From: Lingula anatina
Taxonomy: Eukaryota > Animalia > Brachiopoda
DNA length: 64,000 nt
Reading direction: 5' to 3'
Assembly: GCA_051362555.1 (NCBI GenBank)
Contig: CM120647.1
Location: 3,720,001 to 3,784,000 of the forward strand
In this document: one piece after another, positions 16,001 through 30,300 of the stretch
How positions within the stretch are numbered: position 1 is the first letter of the stretch
Layout of the letters: each line of letters opens with the position of its first letter
Notes under the pieces: generated by a model
What the model saw: the letters and a program-made list of their open reading frames with translations, nothing else
What the model was told of the DNA's origin: nothing
The model's database searches: none
Translations under genes and position numbers: made by a program

Positions 16001-17235
16001 TAATGAATCAATTAACAGTTAGGGTTTTCTGAAAGAATCGAGAAAAACGGCTTAGGTTTGTCATTTAAATGCCATTTTAAGAATTGTTTATTAGGGTTGG
16101 ATCTTTGGTGGTGGTAGTATTTTTTCATTGTACAGTTAAAAAATCGAAGGTGACATTCTATCTTTATTTATTTGATGATCCTAATGGATTATTAGCCTTT
16201 TAGAAATTTCATTTTACAAAAAGACAGCAAAGATACACAAAACAGCAACATATAGCAACATATAGCAGTAAAATATGTTGAACAATATTGAGCACGTTTT
16301 ACCAAATTAAGCTCTCTAAACCTAATGTAGATTTAATCGGCAATAAACGGCATTATTTATACCAGCAAAAGGAAGATATGTGAAGTATAAAAACAAATAT
16401 GTTTAACCATGCCTCAGCTTGTATTTCTCATAACCGATTAAAATGTCTTTCCTACCGTTCAATATTGGATACTGGGTCTCGTGTACACTTAACACTGTAT
16501 ACACTCGCACTCACTAATTTCTATAGGTTCAATCTGTGTTCTATTAAGACTTGTTTGTCTAATCAACCAAAGTTTTTGGAACTTCCCTTCATTTACTTAT
16601 TTATTTATTTATTTGTGTAATTTGTGTTGAACTATGCATGTTTATATTGAAACATGTTATTAAGCTTTCCATAATAAATATTGCAAACCACCAGCCGGCC
16701 AGAATATCTTTTTAATCGCTAGTAACACGTAGAAAAAATATATACATGTGAATATATACATACACCATTTACAAGTAAATGCCACCTGCTGCCTTGTCTT
16801 CAATTGCACATTTCGCCTACAGTGTGTATGGGTGTTCGTGCAGAGAAGTCACCAGGGAATCAATCGCCGACTTCAAAGACTTGCTCTTTCACTGGCGGTA
16901 ACAGCTATACTCCAGTGACATTTACCTGCTATCTGTTCTCTCAGCACTATGCACTTTTGACGTTTCTTTCGAAAGTAACGGTATACTAATTACCCCTATG
17001 CGTTACGTGAGTTTGGTTTTCAGCACAACAGGAAAACATCTGAAAACTTGTTCTTATGTTTTTTGTCCTTTCAGTTAATGTCAGCCTATCTAAAGGATTT
17101 AGGTGCATTGTATTACATACATACATTTATATGTGGCTATCACACTTTGAACTGCAGGGAAACATTCTGAAATACATTCATTATATACAGTTGGATATAC
17201 AACTTTAAAAGGGCACGAAAACTGTCTGAAGTTAG

Positions 17236-17410
17236 AGGGATAATAACTCTTCGTATGAGATCTATATTTCAAAACAAAAACATTGTAAACTACTGATAGA
17301 AATATAACATATTCTGTTTTACCACAAAAACGGCAGCTATGGCTATTATTCTGATATCTGAGCTTGTCATCGGACCACGTGACCTCCATAGATGGCTATG
17401 CTCTGTAAAG
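17236..17410. mobile_element. Truncated inverted copy of the Kolobok-like element
   Basis: agggataataactcttcgtatgagatctatatttc...gaccacgtgacctccatagatggctat is the reverse complement of about 22945-23112. Confidence 0.78.
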
Positions 17411-20409
17411 ATCTCGGTCCCGTTTGAGAGTAAAGAAAAAAATTAATGTTTGTAATACAATTCAGACTACTTGCGTGACAGTACAGTTGTGATTTTATTT
17501 CGGCATTCCATTGCCTTTGTGCTTTTGAAGCCAATTGAGGCACAGTGTGTCAGAGACCCCTAAATGACTTTAACGTGTTTATGGCTACTTCCGTAATAGT
17601 ACAGGCATGATCTAATATCTGAATTTCATAGCCTTTGTGCTTTTGAAGGCAATTGATTTTGGACACCTCCTGGAAAGGTTGACCCTTAATGATCTATGCT
17701 AGAACTCTTTGATACATGGTGCTTGTAGTACATGCTTTATGTAAGTGTAAAATTTCTTTTATAGTTAAATGTTTTATATGGGACTTGAGCCAGTTCTCTT
17801 TATGCTTATATGTACATAGTAGACACTGAACCGTGGACGTGTTGAATTTCTACGTGATCAACATATAATTCTGTATTAAGTAATTCGAAACTGATCGGGC
17901 CGATAACAGAAATGGGTGCAATGACGATATGTGGTCACCAAACATGATGATCGCAGTGGTCACAGTGGTCAAAAAGGTCGCAGCGGACACAATAGCAATA
18001 GTTCCATTAGTTATCCATGCTCAGCTTCTGAAATGACTTTGATATCTTGTAACGTTTCCATTTTATCTACGGAAATGATCTGCGGATATTCGATATGATA
18101 GACATATTCACTGATTCAGAAGCATGCTGAACAGACAGATAGCCACCCTGATGGAATCATTTGTTTGGTATTTTCACAGATCTATATTACAGGCAATTTC
18201 TCCCTCTTGGCTGTTCGCATATTTTGTTGTATGTGATAAAATAAATGAAAAAATAAATGAACAGATGTTGGCCCCTAGACTTAAAAAATGCAATCAGGGC
18301 AGATAACGTTCTGTCCCATTTTTGCCATGGAATATGATTAACTTTCAGACAAAACACGTCAAATTAAAGCCCATAACAACAATGCAAGCAGTGAATGCAA
18401 ATAAAATATTTTGTGAAACTAAGCGAACGATTTCCGCACCTTACTTAACGCGACAACCCACAGTTGGTACTAAAGTTTTTTAAAAAGCTTCTTAGTACCC
18501 ATTTACGTCACGAGTTTCAGTGAACCAAAAGAAACTGATCGTCTGCCGTCATCGCACCTGTAGAAATTAGGTTTAATTGTCAATTGACATTTTTCTGTTG
18601 ATAGAATAATGAAGATGAACGCAGTTCACTCCCAGTGTGCTCCCGCTTAATTGGCAGGTTGCGTCTGAGATACTAAAATGAGCTGCACCTTATGATGAGG
18701 GCCCCTTTGGAGGGGGGGGGGGGGTTAGCGTTCATATTTCACGAGAAATAAAATCATCAAATCACAAATCGCAGTAAATAAAAATTTACTCATATCATAT
18801 CTCATTGAACATCATATTATCAGTATCATTTACGGGGAGTTGAAAATCACGAATCACCGAGTATAATGACTTCGTTTCAAAGGATGAAGACTAAAAAGCC
18901 GCACTCACGAGGCTGGGGATTCTTTCTATTCTAACAAAATGCTTCTTGCCGCTGCTTCATTGTAACATGACCCCTTTAAACTGATAAAACTAGGATAACA
19001 AAATGAACTACAAATTGGACATAAAGAAAAGCAACTTGATCAGTTTTGTAGTGTTTTGCAAGAAAAGCTCATCGCATTTCTCCCAAATGTCGAACAGAAA
19101 GGATTTGAGTAGAAAGGTAACCGTTTCATCTATTTTCAGAACCCACAACACCTAATATGCTACTTTTCAAATCAAAACATAGAGAAAATATACATAAAGC
19201 TTTTAGGATGTGGTTACCTCTTATCTAACATTTGCGTTTGACAGTCTTTGTGCTTGCCCACGCGGCGCGTGGTTGCCTAGAATCATGTCGTGCAGTTGTG
19301 TGTATGTATTTCGGCTGTAAATGGTGGTTTGGTACGTGGTACTGGTATTTATTGAAATAAAGGCAAATGAATGTGTTAAACCGCTGAGCGAAGAAACAGA
19401 CTTCTAAAAAAGATATGAATACACAGAGAGCGATGGTAGAGCAAAAATGAAAGTAGAAAAAATTAAAGTTTCATTAAAAATTTTGTACTGTATTTGATAT
19501 TTATAATATACAGTAGTACTTGGGCATTTTCGTTACCCGTGAAAGCCACTTTTTATTTACCACGATGCGTGACACGTTCCTATTATTTAGCATGATGCCA
19601 AAAGCACCCAATTCCCGTGAATTAGGCAAGAGCAGTGTCGCGTCTGATACTTCGAAACGCGTACTGACGCACACCTTGAAAACGGGTATTGTGGTCCGAT
19701 CTACCGGAAATTCAGGATCATTCAGAGCCGACCACTGTAAAAACTGACAAAAGACAAATACGAAGAATTGACTGTGATCGGGGATATTTGTATCATGTTA
19801 AAATGGATACTTTGGTTTTTCAGCATATATGGATATCTAAAAAGAGTACAAAAGTAACACGACATACTTAAATTACCCTTAGCTCTCGAAGTTTGACCCT
19901 TTATTTTTTACAAATGAATTAAGAAAAAATATATTTCACAAATAAACAGTCAGCTCATTTTTTTCATGTCAACTTCCTGGGTCCTTGGAGCTGCATCTTA
20001 TCCAAAGTAATTACTTCACATATTTATTTTAAGCTTCAGTTCAGTCACCTTTATCTCTGTTGACCGTTCCCGGCGGCTCTCTCAATTCCTCGCAGGGGTC
20101 GGCCTGTCTACTTTCATTATATTATACATGTGATTTTGATCCGGTTCTTGGAATCTGCAGCAGCTGGTATTGATATTGTTGCACAGGTCGTTGTTTTGGA
20201 GTGGCACTTCTCGGTCTGTTTTATGTGTTTTTAATTAAGTCAGCGCGTACGTCCTATACTCAGTAGGATTAGTTCAAAGACAATCTAAATCCAGCTGAAC
20301 TGGTTTTGCTGATATTCGTCATTCAGTTGTAACGTTGGACAAATGTTTGCGTGTGCGTGACCAAAATTCATAACATCTGATCATTGTATCCATTGTTCAA
20401 TGAGAGTAA

Positions 20410-20633
20410 GGCTCCGTTCACATGGAAAATCTATTTTCTAAAAATCTATTTTCTATTGGCGGTATCTTGTGATCACGGTCTGTGCCCTGAATACCCCGCG
20501 GCGTAATTACTGGCAGCACGAGCCAGTTACTTCCAAAGCTGTAATTAATTCTCGGCTGTCCTCGGAGTGACCACAAGATACCGCGAATAGAAAATAGATT
20601 TTTAGAAAATAGATTTTTCATGTGAACGGAGTC
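20410..20633. mobile_element. Tourist/PIF-Harbinger-like MITE
   Basis: TIRs of about 60 bp (ggctccgttcacatggaaaatctattttctaaaaatc... / ...gatttttcatgtgaacggagtc); TAA target duplication on both sides. Confidence 0.88.
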
Positions 20634-21139
20634 TAAAATATTAACACACACATACACACACACATTTATACTGTATATGTAGAAAATGCATTGGGTTTAG
20701 TTAGACTGAAAGATCTCGGAACAAATTTTCAGCGTTTTTTCTACAATATATATATACAGCACAAGGAGGGAATTAATTTTTTTGACTACATATATATTTT
20801 TTATAGAATCTTGTAGAAAAGATTGATTTGGTATTGATTTTTCCACCGGTGTCTCGTCTTCAGTTGTTTGTAAAGTATGCAAAGATCATATTTGTCCCTG
20901 TGGACTTAACACTGCGTATGAACAATGTTTACTTCAACTCGCACGACATCCGTGCACCATTTTTAAATCAGAGACTTGTTCGGTGAAAGACCCCGACATG
21001 TAGCATCACGTACTTTAAGTTCCAAGAAGGAAATTGGAGAAATCAGAGAAAGAAAAGAAAAATCAGTGCTAAGAAATCATCACATGCGTGAGCATATCTA
21101 CCATGGCCCATAGGAGCCTACTCGTGCGTCTCTCAGACG

Positions 21140-21640
21140 CCCCTTAACATTCTAAAACGACTATTCCGTATGTTATTAAGCCCTATAGCAGCGGAATTGA
21201 CAAGGCCCATGCCGCATTCGTCTTTTACAACAGAGCTTTGAGCCCCGAAAATAACATGTCTGTTTCGCCACTTACTGAACTCCATACATGCGAGATTGAC
21301 ATGACTGCGAAAACCGCACGAGCCATGTCTATTTCGTGTTGTTAACATTGTTATTTAAAAGCACAAATGCGACTTGGCACAAGGCAATTTTGATTTATGG
21401 GAGCCAGCAAGTTTCGAAATAAACATGTCTATGTCAATTTCTTGTTTTATTAGATGCACAGTATAAGTCAAATGCAGCGCAGGCATGGTCAATTTCGCAT
21501 CTATGGGTCTCAGTGAATGACGGACAAGACATGACCATGTGAATTTCGAGTTTTATAACAAAGCCATTTGAAGCTCAAAAAGCCACAGTAAGAGACGAAC
21601 GCGACATGGGCCGTGTCAATCTCGCATCTAAAAGACGCAC
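21140..21640. mobile_element. Old foldback/TIR element with degenerate internal repeats
   Basis: gaattgacaaggcccatgccgcattcgtctt (about 21194) is an inverted match to agacgaacgcgacatgggccgtgtcaatct (about 21593); recurring catgtc and tcaatttc motifs inside. Confidence 0.55.
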
Positions 21641-22039
21641 GGTCTTTGGGCTATGGTACTGCAGGCCTACATACCTGTGTATCATCATTTTTAAACGACT
21701 TGAAAAGAAGTGATATAACTGAATGTTATTTGAATGTCACTTTGATTGTCAATTAAAAGAAAACGCTTCGTAGCAATTTTCAAGACCTCCTAAACAATAG
21801 CTAGAGAGTTCAATTGCCATTTTATGCTGTGCATATGCAGAACATGCAAAAAAGCGAGACTATTACCTGTTTCCGCTAAGCACTCGCACCAAGTTGATAA
21901 TTACGAGAGCGCCTCCTGATAACGTAAGGTAATTTAGGTTGATTAAACGCTCTACGGGTGTTGTTGAACTCCGCTTTTGAAACCTGTGTGATTTATAGCA
22001 GCTGTCGATTAGTCTACACATCGATACAGTCTTTTTGAA

Positions 22040-22070
<31 letters not shown>

Positions 22071-22773
22071 CACACATTCAAGACCATGTGTTAATAAAAC
22101 TGGAGTCTAATCAATAAAATGGAAGTCATTTTGATCTAGATGGAGTGCAATCAACGTAACGGACTCAAATCTAAAGCGTTGGCTTTGCCTCCCCTATAAT
22201 ACCAAGCTTATTCTGTAATACAGCTCCAAGGAACCTAAGCTCTAGAGCAATGGAGTCCACCTAAGAATTGACACCCATCGCAGGCAGAACGCCGAAGTAT
22301 TTTTGCTTTTAGTATTTGAACTATTCATCAACTCTTGTGCTTATTCTAAATCCTAGTTTTCCATACACCAAATGATGTCATGGAATATCATTTTATGTTG
22401 TATTTTATCATGCGTGCCATGCAATATGTTACAGCACTTTATGTTTATTTTACTGAACTGTTCTGATTTTAGCCAAATAGCTTGTTAAACAGGGGGAATG
22501 TGACATTTGTTCTATCGCAGAAGTGACGTAACTTCACTTGCAACTCATGTTTTAGGCCTAGCAACTATTTAACAGGTCTTGTAAGATATCTCATTGACAA
22601 ATATGGATATTTATTACACCGCAGGCACACTTTCTTCAAGATTCGTCGTTCGTTTCCTTAAGTTCTGCTGTAGTTGTACCAGATTGCGGTAGCTGTTCCG
22701 TATTTTGCTAGCTCAAAAAACACAACTACAAAAGAATAATGATGAACTAACCTATTGGACAGATATATATTAA

Positions 22774-23112
22774 AGGGATTATAACTCTTCGTTTTGGCCA
22801 AAAAATGAATTTTCCTGGAGTAAACAACAATTATCCCATACTTACCAATGGTTAATGAATCCATTTCAATTCATTCAAAGTTAGTCCCTGTTTTTTTTCT
22901 AAAAAGTCTGGTTTTTTGTTATAATCTCTTAAAAGATTATAACAGAGTATAGCCATCAATGGAGGTCACGTGGTTTGAAGACAAGCTCAGATATCAGAAT
23001 AATAGCTTTAACTGCTGTTTTTGTCATAAAGCAGAATATATTATATTTCTGTGAGTTATTCACAATGTTTTTATTGTGAAATATAGACCTCATACGAAGA
23101 GTTGTTATCCCT
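22774..23112. mobile_element. Non-autonomous TTAA-target DNA transposon, Kolobok-like
   Basis: ttaa|agggattataactcttcgt ... acgaagagttgttatccct|ttaa; second full copy at 51682-52022 and an inverted partial copy at 17236-17410. Confidence 0.82.
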
Positions 23113-23369
23113 TTAAGATGTTTAAATGATCATCTATTAAGGATGCTCACATGGAGAAAAAAGACTGTCAAATGTAAATGAGCTGCAAATGTACTTATCA
23201 ACTTTCAATTCTCCACAGGAAAAAAAACAGGTTATATTCGTTACAGTTTGCCGTGGCAACCATTACGTTTACACTAAAGGAACATTTTCTCCGTTGAATC
23301 AAACGATCGAAATCGAATATTCCATCTTGCCATATTTAAAACCCATTAATGTTCTTTATGTCCTTCCAG

Positions 23370-23460
23370 ATTTGTCACCGTTGTAGCCTGCCTGTTGTTG
23401 AGTGTCCTTGAAACTGTTCCCAGGTACCGCGTCATGATCAGTCAGTTATTGTTCTTTTTG
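23370..23460 (+). CDS. KCNQ: KCNQ exon: S1 and S1-S2 loop ([30 protein letters not shown])
   Basis: ccttccag acceptor, gtaagt donor, 91 nt; resembles KCNQ S1 (FLLVFSCLVLSVFSTI); ends in phase 0, matching the next exon. Confidence 0.9.
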
Positions 23461-24309
23461 GTAAGTACATCTTGCAGGGCACTGGCAGACATGCCGCGTG
23501 GAGTTAAGGCACTCTGCCTGTATAGGAATGGGTGCAGAACGAGGTCAGAATGTTGGAATAAATGAGTGAATGAGTGAATGAATGAGTGAATGAATGGATG
23601 AATGAAAGGACAAAAGGAAGGAGGAAGACAGTAAGAGTAACAGTAAAAAAACAGAAAGAGGAGAAAGAAGAAATGAATCAAGAAATAATAACGAATGAGA
23701 GAATGAATCATGTTGTTAGTGAATGAGTGAATTAAGGAAAGAAAGAAAACAAACAAAAAGGAGGGAATAAAAAAGAAACAAAGAAAGATAGAAAAAGAAA
23801 ACAAAGTAGAAAGTAAATGCGGTAAAATGAGAGAAGGTGTTTAAGGACAAACGGCATATATACGTTGCGTTTATTCAACTTGGCAAGAAAAGGCTGTAGC
23901 GTGCGTCATCTTGTCGTAACAAACCAAGTATTTGTTCATGTTCCGCAGTCATATGTGGTCATAGTCTCCTGTTATTGTCTCCAGGGTCACGATAAGGTAA
24001 TTATCATCATCAACCTTTGCCTACACAGTTGTTTATTTGCTGTACATTAAACCGAAGTGACACATGCAACATTGTTGCGGGTTTTTGTCAAAACAAATTT
24101 TCAAGACAAATAAGTCGGACATGAAACACTGGAACGAAGCAATTGTCGGATGTAATTTCTACATGGTGATGGGCGTACATTTCGGAGTTGTAGCCCAGGG
24201 GGTCTTATCCGCCCAATATAGTTAAGCAGCCCACGTATGCTAAATTTGCTATAGGATGGACAGTTCTAACCACACTAAAAACGACGTTTTACCCAGTGGC
24301 GGATGCAGT

Positions 24310-24350
<41 letters not shown>

Positions 24351-27300
24351 GGCGGGACACACTTGTAATATGTCTAAATGTACCTATACTATTTCATCAC
24401 AGTGACCACATGTTTGCTATCACTTGTATTACTCAATATTATCTAAAACAGTTATCACAGATACATCATGTTTTTCTTTTCAAATACGGTACGCGTCTGG
24501 TATTTCTTTGCACAACATATTTTAATATTACCTTCATACTTTCGGGTACATCTGCAGGTCAATACACACCAACATGCACTGTGACGTACAAACGCACGCA
24601 CACATGCATACATACATAAACACACACACACACACATAAACACGTTCACATATATTATTTATGGAGAATCTCATTTTAGTCATTTGTCTTCCAGGAACTC
24701 ATCATGGTGCTCTGGTACACAACTGAATACGTGCTTCGCGTGTGGTCTTCCGGCTGCCGGTCTCGTTATCAAGGACTGGAGGGTAGACTCCGCTTCTCTC
24801 GGCGACCATTGTGTGTAATAGGTGAATGGAACGGTTGTATATGTCAAGATAACTATTTGAATGTTCTTATGTAACAGTCTCAAGGATTGTAAAACTAAGC
24901 AAAAACAATCTTTATAATCTGTCTACCTGTCCCTATTGAATCGATACAACACAATTTTTGTATGCATACACGTATAATCTGCAACTTGTATGACTGATTC
25001 TGAAGAATCAAATAATGATTTTCGACGAAAACAAAGGGCATAAAGCTGCTATATCACCCATGTACACGACAGGCCTGAAAAATAGACCTGCCAAATCAAC
25101 TGTAAGCTATGTACGTACCGCAAGTCCAAATTGTTGTTTTGACAGCCCAAAATGATCATACAAATGGTCCGAAAACAAAAGAAAATGTACATTTGATGCC
25201 CTTGGGTGTTTTGTAAAACACCTGCAGACCTTCACCTATCAGTGCGTGCTTGAATAGTTTATTTGAACCAATTTCTCAAGTTCCATTCTAGACTTAATAG
25301 CGAAAGAGCCATTAGAACAATCAACGTGAGTGGTTTTGAAATGAGCTGCTAAGCAAGTGTTGTAAGTGGGCTGATCACTTAGACAAGGTTGTTCCCAACA
25401 AGCCGTGACAAACCTGACGTGCACACACGCCATGGCCTTAACTTCATAAATAAATATATAAATAAATAAATACACAACATAAATACATGATTCTTTGTTT
25501 TCCAGATGTCCTCTGCATTATAGCCAGTGTAACAGTATTACTGATTGGAGCCTCGGGGGTGCCTTTCACGTCGGTGTTGCGAGGGCTGAGGTTCTTCCAG
25601 CTCCTCCGTATGGTGAGGCTGGACAGACGGGGCAGCACATGGAAACTACTCGGGTCGGTGATCTGGGCGCACAGACAGGTGAGGGAGACATATATGTGAT
25701 ATGGTGACGTGTGATATGGTTGGATGGATGAAAGGGAATTATATATAACCTAATTGAATTTAATGGAATGGAATAGAAAGGAATAATATAGAATCAAGGA
25801 ATTCAGAATGGTGCAATACAATGCAATGGGATGCAATGCAATGTTATGCAAAAATTTCAAAACAATGCGATACATCACAACATCTACATGTAGCTTACAC
25901 CACCACACAAAAATACAACATCTACATGTAGCTTACACCACCACACAAAAATACATTATCTACATGTAGCTTACACCACCACACAAAAATACAACATCTA
26001 CATGTAGTTTACAACACCACACAAAAATACAACATCTACATGTAGCTTACACCACCACACAAAAATACATTATCTACATGTAGCTTACACCACCACACAA
26101 AAATACAACATCTACATGTAGTTTACAACACCACACAAAAATACAACACCTTGCTTCCACCACCATACACTAAAATATACCATAACTATTTAATCTCTTT
26201 CGATATAAATGTTACAGAAAATTATATTCAGAATAATTCAATATACTCCGGTATGCACACATTTAAGATACGGAAACCACAAATCTTCCAAATGGTGTAT
26301 AAATTAAAGTAAAGACAGATGGTTTGTTTCAATTGGGTATCCCCAAAACAAGAAAATGTCACGCTTAAACACGTTGATCGCTACTTAAGTGATATTTTTC
26401 AGGGAAAAGCCAAGCGTTGATTGGTTTTTCAATGTTCATGCTTCAACATATGTTAATTGCTTGCGTGCGAAGACAATGTTTCTGAGAAAACATGTATTTT
26501 GGCACATGGCTGGGCTAATTGCAGGCAATTTCCAAGAATGAAAACCCATTGTCTGTTCTGTTTTAGTGTCAAATGAAGCCAACCCTACATTAATGGGAAC
26601 GTAAACATATAAAGGAACTGACACCAGAAAGTATATATCTTAGTAAACACGTCTACAATAGTTTAACTTTGCACAATAGCAATACCGGTGCTGATTAATT
26701 CGGGTAAAGTCGCCCACGAGTGCTTATACGATAAAGCCACCGCGTCATTATACAGCGCTATAAGACGGTACTAATTGGCTTAGGATCGTGGTTCCTTCAC
26801 GCACTGATTATACATAGCAATTACTGGAGGTCATGCAGCTTAAGGAGTCCAGGTCCCAGGTTTAAATACAAAAAAAGTCGTTTCGCTGGTTTAGTTGACT
26901 AGGATGTCCGTGAAAGTGCCGTAACACTGTTCCTGATAGGGTAAGGTGTGTGCACGTGATCATGTAAGGTTGGTAACATAATTGTTAACCACTGGAACTG
27001 TCTCAAATTCTTTTGTGAAACGGGTAACAGGTCAGTGCGCGTACATTGGCAAGCTCCTTTTCCCTTTTGTCTTAAGAAGAACTTCTGAACAAGCACAGAC
27101 AACAAAGCGATGTATAAAGGAACTCAGTTCTTCTTGATCAAAATTATATCTTTACTGATAACTGACTGTGAATGTTGGAAATCTCATTTTGTCACGCGAG
27201 ATTGGGCCGCAACAGATTCCTCAACGCAAGTTGGATATAAAGACAGGCATTAGTGTCAAGCAATATTGTGAAGTAGTTTTATTATATAGGCGCTGACGCC

Positions 27301-30300
27301 ATATTGGCTGACAGACAGTTATGCACATTTTACATTTGTAGACATCCTTTTGGCATCAATATATCGTTGGATGTTATGATTATTCTTATTTATTGTCAGG
27401 GAAAGCAACACATGTTCTGTTTTGACAACTGCTTGTGGCTGAATTTCCATTCTCGGGAAGAGGCATTGCCTAAACCGGATAAGATCACGAATGCTCAGTA
27501 TTTCTCCTAACCGTGGTCTAATCTACAACTGCATTAAAACTCACCACCTGTCTAAGACCCGAGAAAGCTGCTTTCAAAATACGAGAAAGATTATTACAAT
27601 TTTCTCATTACGTTGCGCAACAACGAGACGCTCTAAATGATAGAGTACCGGAATACCAGAGAGTTCTAAACGGAACGCGCGTTTCCTCCTTGAAGGAAGC
27701 GTCACCCTTGAACTCCATGACGCACGTAGCAGTATCTAGTCTCCGGCAAGACGTAAAGGTCACTTTGCAAGAAACTATTGGTCTTTTTTTCCTTCAGTTG
27801 GCTGTCTTTGATTGTGGTTTCAGTAAAAATGCTCATCTCGCATATTTCGACGTAAAATGCAATACCGGAAAACCAGGCACGCCTTCTGCGCGCTGCTGCA
27901 CCGTTTGGACGCCGTTCTACGGATAACGATTGCCGTAAGTTACCACGGTCTTTTCTCCCATTCATTTTCATCAATTTTTATGCTACGTCCTTGGCATCTG
28001 CAGTAGGTATAACGTTCAAGGCGCATTGCCACACATTTTATGGGTGTTATGCAATTTACGGAATCCTTGCCATTATCTGTTCTAAAGGTTATGAGACTAT
28101 AGACGTGTTTTACGATTCCGTCTTATGGTGTCAGTTATTGCAATAAGTCACCAATAACTTAGTGGAAAACTTCTACGTACTTACGAACCGGGTGGGCATT
28201 CATATACCGGTACCTGCGTTCGAAGTGCGTGCGTGTGTGTATGTGTGTGTGTGTGTGTGTTTGTGTGTGTGTACTAGTACCTGTAACCTGTATATACTGT
28301 ATGGTATGAGACTAATATATTAGTTAGCAAATCAATACATTGGGCTTAAACCTGTTTTTATAAAGCAAAAGGACTACACTTATTTCTTCGTAATGCAGTA
28401 TGAATGTTACCTATATGTATGCCATTATAATTACACGTAAGTGATCAGTTTGCAGTGTGCCCATAAGTTGTATGTGTGTGTATGTGTCTGGTGTTAAATT
28501 GCTTTGTAATTAAATTAAGTACAAACCGCAGCAACATGGATTAGTTTCCTTCATTATTACATATAAACTTATTTGCAGCTACATGACTTGATATAACACG
28601 AACAAAACATATAAAAGTTATATAATATGTGATACGTACGGGTTTGCTATACGCTTACATGCCTGTTCAAAGTACCAGTAGACAAAGCTATATATTTTAA
28701 CAATCTCATATCCACAGTTGGTTCCAATTGGCAAATGGCCCAGGCGGCTTGCCAGCCTACACGTACCTGTATTTGAATCACAACCGTGGCATACCACTCC
28801 ACAATTGCTTGGCATACAGTGTGGCTGTGGAATAGTTGGGCCGATCAGAGACTATACCGGTTGCCATGGCGATATTAATGCTCTTCATTATTTTCATCAT
28901 GGCCGTTTGTATGCAGGAGGCGGAGATGAAACCCCCCTTCGTCTCTTGCCAAGAAAAAAGGCCTCAGGACATCGGGCTTACAGAAGAATAAATATGTCCC
29001 ATACGTACCACACCTTGTAAAATATTCATGACAGTATGTTGAAGAGATCGTATTATCTCTCTCCTTAGATTTCCTAGGCCCGACAGAGTTTGTCTGGCAT
29101 TTTCTCAACCTTTTCTCAGAAATGTACCAGTATATCAACATTGAAACTTGACTCTTTTTTTTTTCTTTCTAGGAACTGATAACGACTCTATACATCGCCG
29201 TGTTGGTCCTGATATTCTCCGCCTTCTTTGTATATCTCGTGGAAAAAGACAACAATCCAAAGTTTGAAACCTATGCAAACGCCCTCTGGTGGGCTGTGGT
29301 AAGTCACGTGATTACACTGACGATTTTTGGCACTATGTACAAGTGCAGAAGAAGTGTTGTGAAGAAGGTTTTTCATGATCAACATAGGATTGTATGCTTG
29401 ACTAAGAGACTATAAAAACGGAAAATACTAAAATAATTGTTATATGATATATAGGGGGCCTACGCAAGTATCTATCTATCTATCTATCTATCTATCATTA
29501 TTATTATCCATCTTCATTATTTACCTACATACCTTACAATAGCAACGTAAATTAATGAAATCTGAATCAAGGGTAAATATGGACGCTTCAATATCCTGCA
29601 AATAGTTTCAATATCCTCCATACCGTAAATGTTCTCATTAGTTTTTATACCAAGCACAATATAAATGTAATGTATGTACTACACTGGTGGACATACAAAA
29701 CGGTAGAGTTGATAGACATATGGATTACATTCCGCAGTAAATACGCCTAATTGCCTTGATCAGGCCTTATAAACGGATTAAGCGTTTACTAACACTACCC
29801 GCATATCTTTTAGCATTAACACCCATGTTAACTACATGACCCACAAATTAACCGGCACTACCAGAGCGGAGGAATGTTAGTACTAGGTATCGATTTGTTG
29901 GTGCGAAATAATAGTACGGTGCGTTGGTTAATTCGTGGGTTTTGTTATTTCTATGGACGTTACTGCTAAAAGAATTTACGGGTAGTGTAAGTAAACGCCT
30001 AATCCGTTTATAAGGCCTGTTGGTTATTATGTCTTTTTTTTCCAGATCACACTATGCACGGTAGGGTACGGTGACACGGTTCCAGAGTCCTGGGCGGGGA
30101 AATTAATAGCGGCCGTGTGCGCCATGAGTGGAATAGCGTTCTTTGCCTTACCTGCAGTGAGTATAGAACTCCAATAAACATATTTAGATCCCATTCTTAC
30201 ACCTATATCGATCTAGCAGGATCGACCCATATCCGAGGGGTTTCTCGCTAAATTACATTCAGCTTAAGCAGCTCTGATGTGTATTAGACCTACTGAAGCT

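Noticed and set aside
20977-21020. GERPRH peptide as the missing KCNQ exon 1 (LERP motif)
   Set aside because: Lacks YN.L before and GW/YH after, and no suitable donor was seen.
23442-23804. 120-aa Phe-rich minus-strand ORF
   Set aside because: Translation of (GAAT)n and purine-rich low-complexity intron sequence.
25877-26142. CRISPR-like array
   Set aside because: Eukaryotic intron, contiguous units, no unique spacers, no cas genes.
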